A stretch of 61,035 nucleotides of DNA, taken from contig JAGVPM010000123.1 of NCBI GenBank assembly GCA_020052235.1, positions 1 through 61,035 of the forward strand, written 5' to 3'. Source of the stretch: Candidatus Goldiibacteriota bacterium (GTDB taxonomy: Bacteria > Oederibacteriota > JAAXVQ01). Of the stretch, positions 1-8,348 are shown piece after piece (the first letter of the stretch is position 1; the number at the start of each line of letters is the position of its first letter). Both the position numbers and the translations under genes were made by a program. Below the pieces are notes generated by a model. It saw nothing but the letters and a program-made list of their open reading frames with translations. It ran no database searches and was not told the origin of the DNA.

Positions 1-53
1 CCTTGTGGGAGAGGATGAAGGTGAGGGGACGAGCTTTTAAATACAAAGCTTTT

Positions 54-99
54 ACCCCCTCCCCTGCATCCCCTCCCACCAAATCCTGGGGAGGGGAAT
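54..99 (-). repeat. C/G-tract REP-like element, copy 1 (inverted relative to the copy at 60977-61021)
   Basis: ACCCCCTCCCCTGCATCCCCTCCCACCAAATCCTGGGGAGGGGAAT is the near-exact reverse complement of 60977-61021. It is internally self-complementary (CCCCTCCC / GGGAGGGG). Confidence 0.7.
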
Positions 100-167
100 C
101 TACAAAAATCTAAAAGAGTCTTTCCGCAACATGAACTAAATATGTTTTTCACCCTAAACTCCATTTA

Positions 168-1046
168 TTATCGAAATCGCTTGGCGCGCATGCGGAAAAA
201 ACTCAGCAATGGTTCCACATACGACCGATCGGTATATAACTCGATGTGATCTACTCCCAAACGCCTAAAAAACTCCCGCCTCTGTGTCCTTCTCTCATCC
301 ACGATCTTCTTAAAAGCCGCTTGGGCTGACGCACTCCCTGTCCAGATGAGCCTGCTCTGGTTATTCTCCAAATCCTCCAAAGCAATGAATCCCAACGCTG
401 GTAATTTTTCTTCACCAGCATCCTTTAATTCAAAGGCAATAACATCATGCCTTCGGTTTGTAACTGCCAATGCTCTTTCATATCCCTGAGCATGGAAATC
501 GGAAATTAAAAAAACAATGCATTTTCGCTTTAATACGTCATTGATAAATTCCAAAGGTGGATTTAAATTCGTTCCTTTGCCTTCCGGATGCGCAAATAGA
601 ACATCGCGTAAAATACGGGATAAATGAGTGCTGCCCTTGGCTGGTGGAATAAATTTTTCCACCCGGTCTGTAAATAGCAAAGCGCCTACCTTGTCATTAT
701 TCTTTATGGCCGTATAGGCCAATACACCCGAAAGTTCCGCAGCCATGTCCAACTTGCTTTGGGTCTTAGTCCCAAACTTTTGCGACGCGGAAGCATCCAC
801 CACCAACATGATGTTCAATTCACGTTCTTCCACAAACTTCTTGATATAGGGGTGACCCATCCGCGCTGTGACATTCCAGTCAATGGCACGGATATCATCT
901 CCCGGTTGATATTCCCGGACTTCGTCAAACTCCATGCCCCGGCCCTTAAAAACGCTCTCATACTGTCCGCCGAAAAGCTCGTTGACAATACGACCGGTTT
1001 TTATTTCCAACCGCCGGATTTTGGCAATGACTTCTTTAGGCAGCAT
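168..1046 (-). CDS. DUF58 (vWA-like) protein, MoxR partner
   Basis: ORF track. The motifs FKGRGMEFDEVREYQPGDDIRAIDW and NIMLVVDASASQ are typical of DUF58. Its start lies 4 nt downstream of the MoxR ATPase stop. Confidence 0.85.
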   Translation of the reverse strand: MLPKEVIAKIRRLEIKTGRIVNELFGGQYESVFKGRGMEFDEVREYQPGDDIRAIDWNVTARMGHPYIKKFVEERELNIMLVVDASASQKFGTKTQSKLDMAAELSGVLAYTAIKNNDKVGALLFTDRVEKFIPPAKGSTHLSRILRDVLFAHPEGKGTNLNPPLEFINDVLKRKCIVFLISDFHAQGYERALAVTNRRHDVIAFELKDAGEEKLPALGFIALEDLENNQSRLIWTGSASAQAAFKKIVDERRTQRREFFRRLGVDHIELYTDRSYVEPLLSFFRMRAKRFR

Positions 1047-1049
1047 GGC

Positions 1050-2039
1050 TTACGGAACCTCGACCCCATCAAAAATCGTCTTTACAATCTGCTCGGATGT
1101 CAGCTGCTCGGCCTCGGCTTCATAGGTGATGATGATGCGGTGGCGCAAGACATCGGCTCCTACGGTTTTTACGTCTTCCGGCGTAATGAAGCCGCGCCCA
1201 TTTAAAAAGGCATAGGCTTTGGCTGCCCGGGTTAAGCCGAGGGTGGCGCGCGGTGATGCCCCGTAGGCAATCAGCCCTTTCAGATCTTTCAACCCGGCCG
1301 CCTCCGGTTCACGCGTGGCAAACACCAAGTCAATAATGTACTTTTGCATTTTTTCATCCACGTATATTTGCTCCACCAGCTTTCGGGCTTTGAGGATATC
1401 TTTGATGGATACAATTTTATTCGCCTGGGGCTGCTCTCCGCTCGTCATGCGCAGCAATATTTCCCGTTCCTCTTCGCGCGTGGGATACCCGATCTTGAGC
1501 TTTAACAAAAAGCGGTCAACCTGCGCTTCGGGGAGCGGATAAGTTCCTTGTTGCTCAATGGGATTTTGCGTGGCCAGGACCAAAAACGGGGCTTCCAAGG
1601 GGTAAGTATGTTCCCCAATGGTTACCTGGCGCTCTTGCATGGCTTCCAGCAAGGCGCTTTGCACCTTGGCGGGGGCGCGGTTGATTTCATCGGCCAGGAT
1701 CAAGTTGGCAAAAATGGGCCCTTTTTTTATGGCAAACCCTTCGCCTTTGGGTTGATAAATCATGGTCCCGATTAAATCCGCGGGTAAAAGATCCGGCGTA
1801 AATTGAATGCGTTGAAATGAAGCATCCACGCAATCCGACAAAGTTTTTACTGTGAGGGTTTTTGCCAAACCGGGGACGCCTTCCAACAAAACGTGACCAT
1901 CGGCCAATAGCCCGATCAGCAGTCCATCCACCAGATAATGCTGCCCCACAATCACGCGCCCGATCTCATGGCGCAATTCTTCGACAAAAACGCTCTCTTT
2001 TTTAACTTTCTCATTCAATGCCCGAATATCCTTGTCCAT
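1050..2039 (-). CDS. moxR: MoxR-family AAA+ ATPase
   Basis: Walker A is LLEGVPGLAKT and Walker B/sensor is LILADEINRAPAKVQSALLEAMQE. Start moved to the ATG at 2039 (MDKDIRAL), preceded by GGGAGGAAGG. The longer ORF start runs toward the REP element. Confidence 0.9.
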   Translation of the reverse strand: MDKDIRALNEKVKKESVFVEELRHEIGRVIVGQHYLVDGLLIGLLADGHVLLEGVPGLAKTLTVKTLSDCVDASFQRIQFTPDLLPADLIGTMIYQPKGEGFAIKKGPIFANLILADEINRAPAKVQSALLEAMQERQVTIGEHTYPLEAPFLVLATQNPIEQQGTYPLPEAQVDRFLLKLKIGYPTREEEREILLRMTSGEQPQANKIVSIKDILKARKLVEQIYVDEKMQKYIIDLVFATREPEAAGLKDLKGLIAYGASPRATLGLTRAAKAYAFLNGRGFITPEDVKTVGADVLRHRIIITYEAEAEQLTSEQIVKTIFDGVEVP

Positions 2040-2112
2040 GCCTTCCTCCCTATGCTTATCATTCCCCTCCCTGATTGATAGGACGTGTCGCAACGCATTT
2101 CACAGGTGCTAT

Positions 2113-2162
2113 GTAGGGGCGATCCTTGTGATCGCCCGGGCGAACATAAAGTTCGCCCCTAC
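2113..2162. repeat. REP-like compound palindrome with GTAG...CTAC termini
   Basis: GTAGGGGCGAtccttgtgaTCGCCCgggCGAACataaaGTTCGCCCCTAC, with nested hairpins. A further outer inverted repeat GTCGCAACG/CGTTGTGAC flanks it. Confidence 0.7.
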
Positions 2163-2384
2163 AAAGGCCCACAAAATACGTTGTGACGCCGTCTCAATGG
2201 GAGGGGAATATTTTTTATGCTTTCTTTGATATTACCTAATTTTTATTTTTTTGGAGTTATCAATTCCGCCAAAACCTAACATTATGGATTTTTACCTGTT
2301 ATTGTCAACGATAAAACCAATGGATCAACGTGCGGTTAGACCCCTGACTTTGCGAATGGTTCTTGTGTACTGCGAAAAGAGGTT

Positions 2385-2413
2385 TTGACAAAACGTACGT
2401 TTTATCGTACAAT
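2385..2413 (+). promoter_or_regulatory. sigma70-type promoter of yefM-yoeB with an embedded palindromic operator
   Basis: TTGACA (2385-2390), a 17-nt spacer, then TACAAT (2408-2413), 16 nt before the ATG with a GGAGG RBS. The perfect palindrome AAAACGTACGTTTT (2390-2403) sits in the spacer. GTAC cores recur at 2367, 2395 and 2406. Confidence 0.65.
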
Positions 2414-2429
2414 TTAAGCGGAGGTTAAA

Positions 2430-2672
2430 ATGACTACATTTACTGCAAGCGCTGCTAGGATTGGCTTATACAAACTTCTGGATAAGGCGGCACAGTCCCA
2501 TGAGCCTATACAAATTACCGGGAAACGTTCCAATGCGGTTCTTGTTTCAGAAGAAGACTGGCGGTCTATTCAGGAAACTCTATACCTGCTTTCCATCCCT
2601 GGTATGAGAGAATCAATCCGCAAAGGTCTGAAAACCCCAGTGAATAAGCTGGCAAAGAAACTTAACTGGTGA
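2430..2672 (+). CDS. yefM: Phd/YefM-family antitoxin
   Basis: 80 aa. N-terminal TFTASAARIGLYKLLDK and HEPIQITGKRSNAVLVSEEDWRSIQETLYLLS are typical YefM. It overlaps the downstream toxin gene by 4 nt. Confidence 0.9.
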   Translation: MTTFTASAARIGLYKLLDKAAQSHEPIQITGKRSNAVLVSEEDWRSIQETLYLLSIPGMRESIRKGLKTPVNKLAKKLNW

Positions 2673-2932
2673 GCTGGCAACTTGTTTTTACAAAAGAGGC
2701 CCAAAAAGACGCCAGGAAATTAGCCGCGGCCAGGCTTAAGCCGAAAGCGGAAAATCTTTTAAAAATTTTGGAGATTAATCCTTTTCAAACTCCTCCTCCT
2801 TTTGAAAAATTGACAGGAGATTTGGCTGGAGCTTTTTCGCGACGGATAAATTTGCAACATCGTTTAGTCTATCAGGTTGTGCCGGACATAAAAACCGTTA
2901 AGATCATTAGGTTATGGACCCATTATGAGTGA
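2669..2932 (+). CDS. yoeB: YoeB/Txe-family mRNA interferase toxin
   Basis: 87 aa with FSRRINLQHRLVYQV and a C-terminal RLWTHYE (His-Tyr catalytic end). GTG start overlaps the yefM stop. Confidence 0.9.
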   Translation: MSWQLVFTKEAQKDARKLAAARLKPKAENLLKILEINPFQTPPPFEKLTGDLAGAFSRRINLQHRLVYQVVPDIKTVKIIRLWTHYE

Positions 2933-2942
2933 GCGGAGCTTT

Positions 2943-2984
2943 CAGGGAAACCACAGATTTCCCTGACGCGGACGTTCCGTCCGC
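2943..2984 (+). terminator. Two tandem hairpins downstream of yoeB (putative terminator, no clear T-tract)
   Basis: CAGGGAAA-ccacaga-TTTCCCTG (2943-2965) and GCGGAC-gttcc-GTCCGC (2968-2984). Confidence 0.35.
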
Positions 2985-2990
2985 TGTTCC

Positions 2991-3049
2991 TTCCTATCTT
3001 CGTTGGGGTGCTTCGCCCCCAAGCCCCCGCCTCTGTTCTAGGATGAGGC
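2991..3049 (+). repeat. 59-bp dispersed repeat, copy 1 (direct with 16793-16851)
   Basis: TTCCTATCTtCGTTGGGGTGCTTCGCCCCCAAGCCCCCGCCTCTGTTCTAgGATGAGGC differs from the second copy at two positions. It contains the hairpin TTGGGG-tgcttcg-CCCCCAA. Confidence 0.8.
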
Positions 3050-3088
3050 ATTGTCTACCCCGTAATATCATATCAATTTTAAAGAAGA

Positions 3089-4570
3089 TTATGGTTGCAG
3101 AAGATTAATTACGGTGATGCGTTCCAGCAAAGATCCCTTGGTGCTGGACTCGCCCAAAGAAAGATCCGAAACCACCACTTGCCCTATGATCAGTTTTTTA
3201 TCCCGGCCTGGGGTATCCGGTTTTCGAAAAGACCAAATATCGTGAAGCGCATAATAATGATTCCCCTCCCGGCCAATGTACAGCATGATATGTCCGGGAA
3301 ATTGCAGCAACGCCGGACGGTCCACGCGGTTTAATTGCGCCTGGCGATATGCTGGTTTATGTCTCCGGGCCAGCCGGATTTGTTTTCTTCCAACTTGCCC
3401 TTGATACCCCGAATTACGCGGCAAGGCCAGCCCAACGGTGGCATAAACATCCATCACCAATTGCGAGCAATCGCGGTATTCCCCTTGTCCTCCCCAAGAG
3501 TACGGAGTCCGCAACAAACGGAACGCCTGAATATAAATATTCCGGGCCGTGCAGGGTAAAAATCCTTCGCGGACACATTCTTGCCGGGAGATATAGGCCG
3601 CGCGTTCAACCAAACGGCTGTTCCCATCCACGTCCGGTAACGCAATTTTATAGTACAATGGATCAATGGCCAGCAGCGGACAGGCGGTGCCCATATAGAA
3701 ACGCTCGGCCGGGAGCGTATCTCCCGGTGCGGAAACCACGGACACCAAATGCCCAAGGATGACCAGTTTTTTTGGCGGATCAATAAACGGCTTCAATTCA
3801 TCCGCGCCGGAATTGCTTAACAAAACGTCGGCGCTGGCAACCCAGCCGCGGCATGCGGGCGAAAATGCAAAAAACCATTTTCCGTCACGGCTGGCATGCA
3901 AAACCGCCAACGGCTGATACGCCTGCACGGCCGACACTTGAATCCCGTCAAACTCCCACGGAGAAGGTTGCGTTTTCAAGGCATCCAAAGTAGGATAATA
4001 ACGAAAATCCGTGCGGCGGAGCGTCAGGCCGTATTGAATGCGATTTTCTTCCTGGATGGCCGAAAAATTCAAATTATTATCAAGCTTTTGGAAATACCCG
4101 GCGCCTGCCTTATTGCCTTGGGAATCCCAGCGCGGAGCACTTTTAATACGCTCGGTTTCTTCTTTTAAATAGGCCAGCAAGGCCGCGCGGGTCACGTATC
4201 CGGGACGAACAGAGGCCGGCGCTGTCCACGGCTGATTGCCCCCGTTGTTGCTCTCTTCGTCCTGATGTTCGATGCTTTTAGGTTGCGTGCTCCAAATTTT
4301 TTCCGAAAACACGTTGTTGGAAAGCCCGCGGTCCAAGTTGCCTTGATTCAGGGCATTAATCTGCCGGGGCGTTAAAAAAATCCGATCCGGCTGTTTGAGT
4401 TTGATTATCCAATAATCCGGATCATCCATCGGCGGGGTGCAATTCGCCAGGGGAAGCGTGGCTATTTCCGGCGAACTTGAAACCCGGTAAGAATTTCGCA
4501 GTGGAACCTGAGCGCAGCCAACCAATAAAACCACGCTTACTAAAACCGCCCATACCATATGCCATTTCAT
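3089..4570 (-). CDS. NlpC/P60-family peptidoglycan endopeptidase lipoprotein with an SH3-like N-terminal region
   Basis: Lipobox LLVGC after a hydrophobic signal. Catalytic Cys context is YSWGGQGEYRDCSQLV and His context is GHIMLYIG. Start set to the ATG at 4570 (MKWHM); the ORF-track start at 4576 is a TTG. Confidence 0.8.
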   Translation of the reverse strand: MKWHMVWAVLVSVVLLVGCAQVPLRNSYRVSSSPEIATLPLANCTPPMDDPDYWIIKLKQPDRIFLTPRQINALNQGNLDRGLSNNVFSEKIWSTQPKSIEHQDEESNNGGNQPWTAPASVRPGYVTRAALLAYLKEETERIKSAPRWDSQGNKAGAGYFQKLDNNLNFSAIQEENRIQYGLTLRRTDFRYYPTLDALKTQPSPWEFDGIQVSAVQAYQPLAVLHASRDGKWFFAFSPACRGWVASADVLLSNSGADELKPFIDPPKKLVILGHLVSVVSAPGDTLPAERFYMGTACPLLAIDPLYYKIALPDVDGNSRLVERAAYISRQECVREGFLPCTARNIYIQAFRLLRTPYSWGGQGEYRDCSQLVMDVYATVGLALPRNSGYQGQVGRKQIRLARRHKPAYRQAQLNRVDRPALLQFPGHIMLYIGREGNHYYALHDIWSFRKPDTPGRDKKLIIGQVVVSDLSLGESSTKGSLLERITVINLLQP

Positions 4571-4603
4571 AACCAATATTCCTTTTCGGATAAAAATATA
4601 TTT

Positions 4604-4630
4604 ACCACAGAGACGCTGAGGCCGCAGAGC
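4604..4630. repeat. CACAGAG/CGCAGAG-type REP-like element (single arm)
   Basis: ACCACAGAGACGCTGAGGCCGCAGAGC is related to both arms of the hairpin at 27627-27717. Confidence 0.5.
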
Positions 4631-4636
4631 ATTTCT

Positions 4637-4668
4637 TTAAGTATCGTGCCTTCCCGGCCGATACTTAA
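4637..4668. promoter_or_regulatory. Palindromic, possibly bidirectional sigma28 (FliA)-like promoter between the NlpC/P60 and HDOD genes
   Basis: TTAAGTATCG-N12-CGATACTTAA. The plus strand reads TAAG-N15-GCCGATAC (consensus TAAA-N15-GCCGATAA), about 78 nt before the HDOD ATG. The minus strand reads TAAG-N15-CACGATAC, about 70 nt before the NlpC/P60 ATG. Confidence 0.4.
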
Positions 4669-4741
4669 TCTACTGCGGCTTTGGCATTTTTGCGGTCTTC
4701 CGGTTTCGCAGCCAACTTCAGGTTTAGAGGATTAGGCACCA

Positions 4742-5590
4742 ATGCCGGTAAAAATAGATGTTAAAGAATTAGAAACTAAAATTCAAAATGTTTTCCCCCT
4801 GCCGCAAATTTTGGAAAAAATCATGCGCGCCGTCAATGATCCCGATGCCAATGCCACGACCATAGAAAATATTTTCAAATACGAACCCAGTTTAACGCTT
4901 AAATTGCTCACGTTGGCCAACTCCGCCTATTTCGGCGTACCCGGAAAAATCACCAACATCCGGATTGCCATTACCCTGCTGGGACTCAACCTGATAAAAA
5001 GCCTGGCCATTCACGCCAGTGTAAACGAATTTTTCCGTTTTGGCACCAATATACCCGGATTTTCCGGGCAAGAACTGTGGAAACATTCGGTCGGCGTGGC
5101 CGTTTGCGCCAAAATGCTTGCCCGCGACTACAAATTGGGCAATTGCGAAGATTTCTTTACTTTGGGTATTTTGCATGATGCCGGACTAATTATCGAATAC
5201 CAATTTTTCCGTGCTTCCTTTATTGCCATTGTTTCGCGCATGCATGAACGCAAAAAAAGCCTGCCCGAAATTGAACGCGCGGAATTCGGCATGGATCATG
5301 CGGAATTGGCCCAGCATTTATTCGCCAAGTGGAACTTGCCTGCGTTCTTTTCTCAGGCACTCCGCTACCACCACGATCCTTTGCAGGCTCCGGAGTCCTT
5401 CCGGACCCACGCCGCCGGATTGTTTTTGGCCGACCAGCTTGTCCGCCAAATTAACTTCGGTTTCGGATGCCCGGCCGAACCTATCACACCCGCCATTTTT
5501 TCATTATTGGGCATTCCTTTGGGTGACTTGGAAAAAGTGAAACAGGAATTCTTGCTCCAAATTGACGAACTGGCTTTATTTCTGCAATGA
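4742..5590 (+). CDS. HDOD-domain signalling protein
   Basis: PSLTLKLLTLANSAYFG, ITNIRIAITLLGLNLIKSLAI, WKHSVGVA, LGILHDAGL and HAELAQHLFAKWNLP match the HDOD pattern. Confidence 0.85.
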   Translation: MPVKIDVKELETKIQNVFPLPQILEKIMRAVNDPDANATTIENIFKYEPSLTLKLLTLANSAYFGVPGKITNIRIAITLLGLNLIKSLAIHASVNEFFRFGTNIPGFSGQELWKHSVGVAVCAKMLARDYKLGNCEDFFTLGILHDAGLIIEYQFFRASFIAIVSRMHERKKSLPEIERAEFGMDHAELAQHLFAKWNLPAFFSQALRYHHDPLQAPESFRTHAAGLFLADQLVRQINFGFGCPAEPITPAIFSLLGIPLGDLEKVKQEFLLQIDELALFLQ

Positions 5591-5778
5591 GGCGGCCGGC
5601 CACACTGTAGTGTTTTCACCAATTATCCGTTCACCTTCGCAACTGTCTGTGCCATAATAACCGAGTTTTCCGGGAGAGATCACAGGCACGGCATGCCCCG
5701 GCGCTTTCCCGTGAAAATCAAAGTTTCGTGATTTTAAATGCGATGAAAATTGTAGAAATGCGTCTAAATAATATTGCG

Positions 5779-6016
5779 ACAGGCGGATTTGACGAGAACT
5801 TATATTTTGTGAAAGGAAATACTAAATAATAAACGAAACTACTTATACATTACCGGGATTGCATTGGGTGTGGCATCTTTTTATAAAATGAATGTGGCTT
5901 TTGTTTTAGCGGCATTGGTGCTTTATTTAATGGTTCATAAGCCAAGCGGAAAAATATCTCTTTCGCAATTTGTAAAGGAAATGTCTGGACTGGTTTTGCC
6001 AAGTGTTGTTTTATGA
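5779..6016 (+). pseudogene. Truncated paralog fragment of the GT-C glycosyltransferase gene at 8544-10571
   Basis: Nucleotide similarity to about 8992-9260. From 5816 the frame reads EILNNKRNYLYITGIALGVASFYKMNVAFVLAALVLYLMVHKP...VLPSVVL* versus EYLNNKRNFLYITGIALAVASFYKMNVVFVLAALALYVMLHKP...VLPSVIL in the full gene. It has no start and no N- or C-terminal parts. Confidence 0.8.
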
Positions 6017-6150
6017 GCGAGGACTCCTGGCCGGCTTTTCTGAAAAGCTTGCTTGCTCGCGGCTTGGTCCGCGACTCTTTGCGCCTCGTGATCTCCGCCG
6101 AGCACAAAGGGATAGAAGCCGCAACCACATTCGGTGCCTCGTATAATTGG
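6016..6150 (+). mobile_element. Remnant (about 45 codons) of an IS256/mutator-family transposase
   Basis: Translation SEDSWPAFLKSLLARGLVRDSLRLVISAEHKGIEAATTFGASYNW fits the IS256 transposase core pattern W..FL..L..RGL....LV.SD.H.GL..A. The catalytic D is replaced (SAEH). There is no start, no inverted repeats and no remainder of the gene. Confidence 0.7.
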
Positions 6151-6173
6151 ATTTCGGGAATAAAGGAATCATT

Positions 6174-8348
6174 ATGTCTCATTTTTTAACCGCTGGATAT
6201 TGGTGGCTGTTTATTTGCCTATTGGGCGTATTGGCTTGGCCGCTGATCTTTTTATTGTTCGGCAACCTTCCTGATCGTGGTTATGCGTGGAGCAAACCGG
6301 TTGGGTTATTATTTTTAGGTTTAATAGTTTGGTTGCTGGGTTTTTTCCGCTTTTCAAGCATTATGGTTTGGTTGGCGTTGATGGTGCTGGCCGGTAGCGC
6401 GCTTTGGGCGGGGTTGGCGCAAAGGCAAGCGTTGTGGGCTTACATCAAAGACCAATGGCGGCAGATTTTAGTCACCGAGTTTTTTGGTTTGTTGTTATTC
6501 ATCGGGGCGATATGGCTGAGAAGCCATTACGCGAGCATTCATGATGGCGAAAAATTTATGGAAATGGCTTTTTATAACGCCATATCCCGGAGTGCATCTT
6601 TTCCACCGTACGATCCTTGGATGTCAGGGAAAGGGATAGTTCTCAATTACTATTATCTGGGTTACCTTTGCTTAACGCTTCCTGCAAAATTGCTTGGAAC
6701 GGCCATGGCGGTTGCTTTTAATATTTCATCCGCCCTGGTTTTTGCACTAACGGGTTTAGCTGGATTTGGTTTAATTTATAATTTAACCCGCAATCGCGTG
6801 ATGGGGATGATTGGCTGGGCAGTTATTTTTTTGTTTGGCAATTTAGATGCGGCCCATCAAATCATTCTTCACCATGGTTTGGATAAATTCGATTGGTTTG
6901 CCTCTTCACGGATAATCAAGAATACAATTAATGAATTCCCCATGTTTTCATTACTCGTCGGAGATTTGCATCCCCATGTTATGGCTGTTCCATATTTTTT
7001 AATCCAAATCGGGTGTGCCTTGGAATATTTGAAACAGGGCATACGGCAGGAAGGATCATTGAAATTGCCAGAGGCATTTTTTTTAGTTTTTTGGGGTTTG
7101 GTTATAGGCAGTTTGGGGATGATCAATACTTGGGATTTGCCCACGGCTATGCTATTAAGTTGTTTGATTGTTTTTTTGAAAGCATATTTCGCAACACGGA
7201 ATGGACAAAAATTTTCTTGGCGGCCCTTGATTCAAACCATGACATTGATTTCAGGGTTCGCCATTATTCCCTATTTGCCGTTTTACCTGAATTTTCATAA
7301 CCCGACTAAAGGGTTGGAGATAACATTTCAAAATACCACGATCTCAGAGTTTCTTCGCATTTTTGGTATGTATCTTTTTTTAGCTCTTGGTTTTACGCTG
7401 GCGATTTGGCGGTCCGGTACATGGCAAACTCATACGCCGGTTTTTTCCAAACATCCTGTCAGCTCACGAATGTTGCTTTTCTATGGTTTGGTGTTTGTGG
7501 TTTTAGCAGGTTGTTGCAAATCGCTGTTGGCTGCCTTTTTGCTGGTGTGGCTTTTCTTTCTTTTGCCCGTATGGTTGAAGCGGGAAACAGAACCCGAAAC
7601 CCTTTTTGCATTGTCCATGCTATTTTTGGCATTACTTTTAAGTTTAGGTTGCGAATTTTTTTATATTTGCGACAGTAACACAATGTCACTTTCCGAGCGG
7701 CGGAACACTATTTTTAAATTTTATAATCAAGTTTGGTCGTTTCTAGGAATGGCGGGAGTGTATGGAGGGTATTGGGTTTTCCAACATCCGTTACGTGGCA
7801 AACTGCAACGTTTGGTGTTTTACGGGGCCGTGGTCCTTTTAGCTATTGCCTGTTTGCTTTACCCGGTTATGGCGATTCCTGCCAAACTCACACAAATTAA
7901 GGAGCCTGCTACACTGGACGGCATGGCTTTTTTACGTGAAAATCCTGAAACGTTGAGGGAATGGGAGGGTATTAATTGGCTTTTGGAAAATGTGCATGGA
8001 AACCTGGTGGTTTTAGAAGCCACGGGTTATGAATATACATTTAGTGCGCGTGTTTCGGTATTCACCGGGCTGCCGACAGTGATGGGATGGAGCGGGCATG
8101 AGGCATTTTTGCGCGGTAATCCGCCTGATATTACCCAGCGTGCCAAGGATGTAATTCAGCTCTATTCAACGTTGGACATACGTCAGGCCCAGGCGTTAAT
8201 GGATAAGTATCAGATTGAATATGTTTTTATCGGGGTTTTGGAAAAAGCTTGGTATTCGAAGGGAGCGCTCAAGAAATTTGAGCAGTTTATGGATGTGGTT
8301 TATCGAAATTCTGGTGTTGATATATTACGGCGCCGACCGCAGCATTAA
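6174..8348 (+). CDS. DUF2298 ('Chlor_Arch_YYY') polytopic membrane protein, putative GT-C-like glycosyltransferase
   Basis: It has many TM helices. DGEKFMEMAFYNAISRSASFPPYDPWMSGKGIVLNYYYLGY matches the hallmark DUF2298/YYY block. Start set to the ATG at 6174; the track start is a TTG inside the IS remnant. Confidence 0.75.
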   Translation: MSHFLTAGYWWLFICLLGVLAWPLIFLLFGNLPDRGYAWSKPVGLLFLGLIVWLLGFFRFSSIMVWLALMVLAGSALWAGLAQRQALWAYIKDQWRQILVTEFFGLLLFIGAIWLRSHYASIHDGEKFMEMAFYNAISRSASFPPYDPWMSGKGIVLNYYYLGYLCLTLPAKLLGTAMAVAFNISSALVFALTGLAGFGLIYNLTRNRVMGMIGWAVIFLFGNLDAAHQIILHHGLDKFDWFASSRIIKNTINEFPMFSLLVGDLHPHVMAVPYFLIQIGCALEYLKQGIRQEGSLKLPEAFFLVFWGLVIGSLGMINTWDLPTAMLLSCLIVFLKAYFATRNGQKFSWRPLIQTMTLISGFAIIPYLPFYLNFHNPTKGLEITFQNTTISEFLRIFGMYLFLALGFTLAIWRSGTWQTHTPVFSKHPVSSRMLLFYGLVFVVLAGCCKSLLAAFLLVWLFFLLPVWLKRETEPETLFALSMLFLALLLSLGCEFFYICDSNTMSLSERRNTIFKFYNQVWSFLGMAGVYGGYWVFQHPLRGKLQRLVFYGAVVLLAIACLLYPVMAIPAKLTQIKEPATLDGMAFLRENPETLREWEGINWLLENVHGNLVVLEATGYEYTFSARVSVFTGLPTVMGWSGHEAFLRGNPPDITQRAKDVIQLYSTLDIRQAQALMDKYQIEYVFIGVLEKAWYSKGALKKFEQFMDVVYRNSGVDILRRRPQH

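Noticed and set aside
4682-4695. TTGGCATTTTTGC upstream of the HDOD gene as a sigma54 promoter
   Set aside because: The GG and GC dinucleotides are only 7 nt apart instead of 10, so the spacing is incompatible with a -24/-12 promoter.
5850-6182. 110-aa minus-strand ORF spanning the GT-C fragment and the IS remnant
   Set aside because: It is antisense to two recognisable plus-strand gene remnants. It has no RBS and no motif. It is best explained as a chance open frame.
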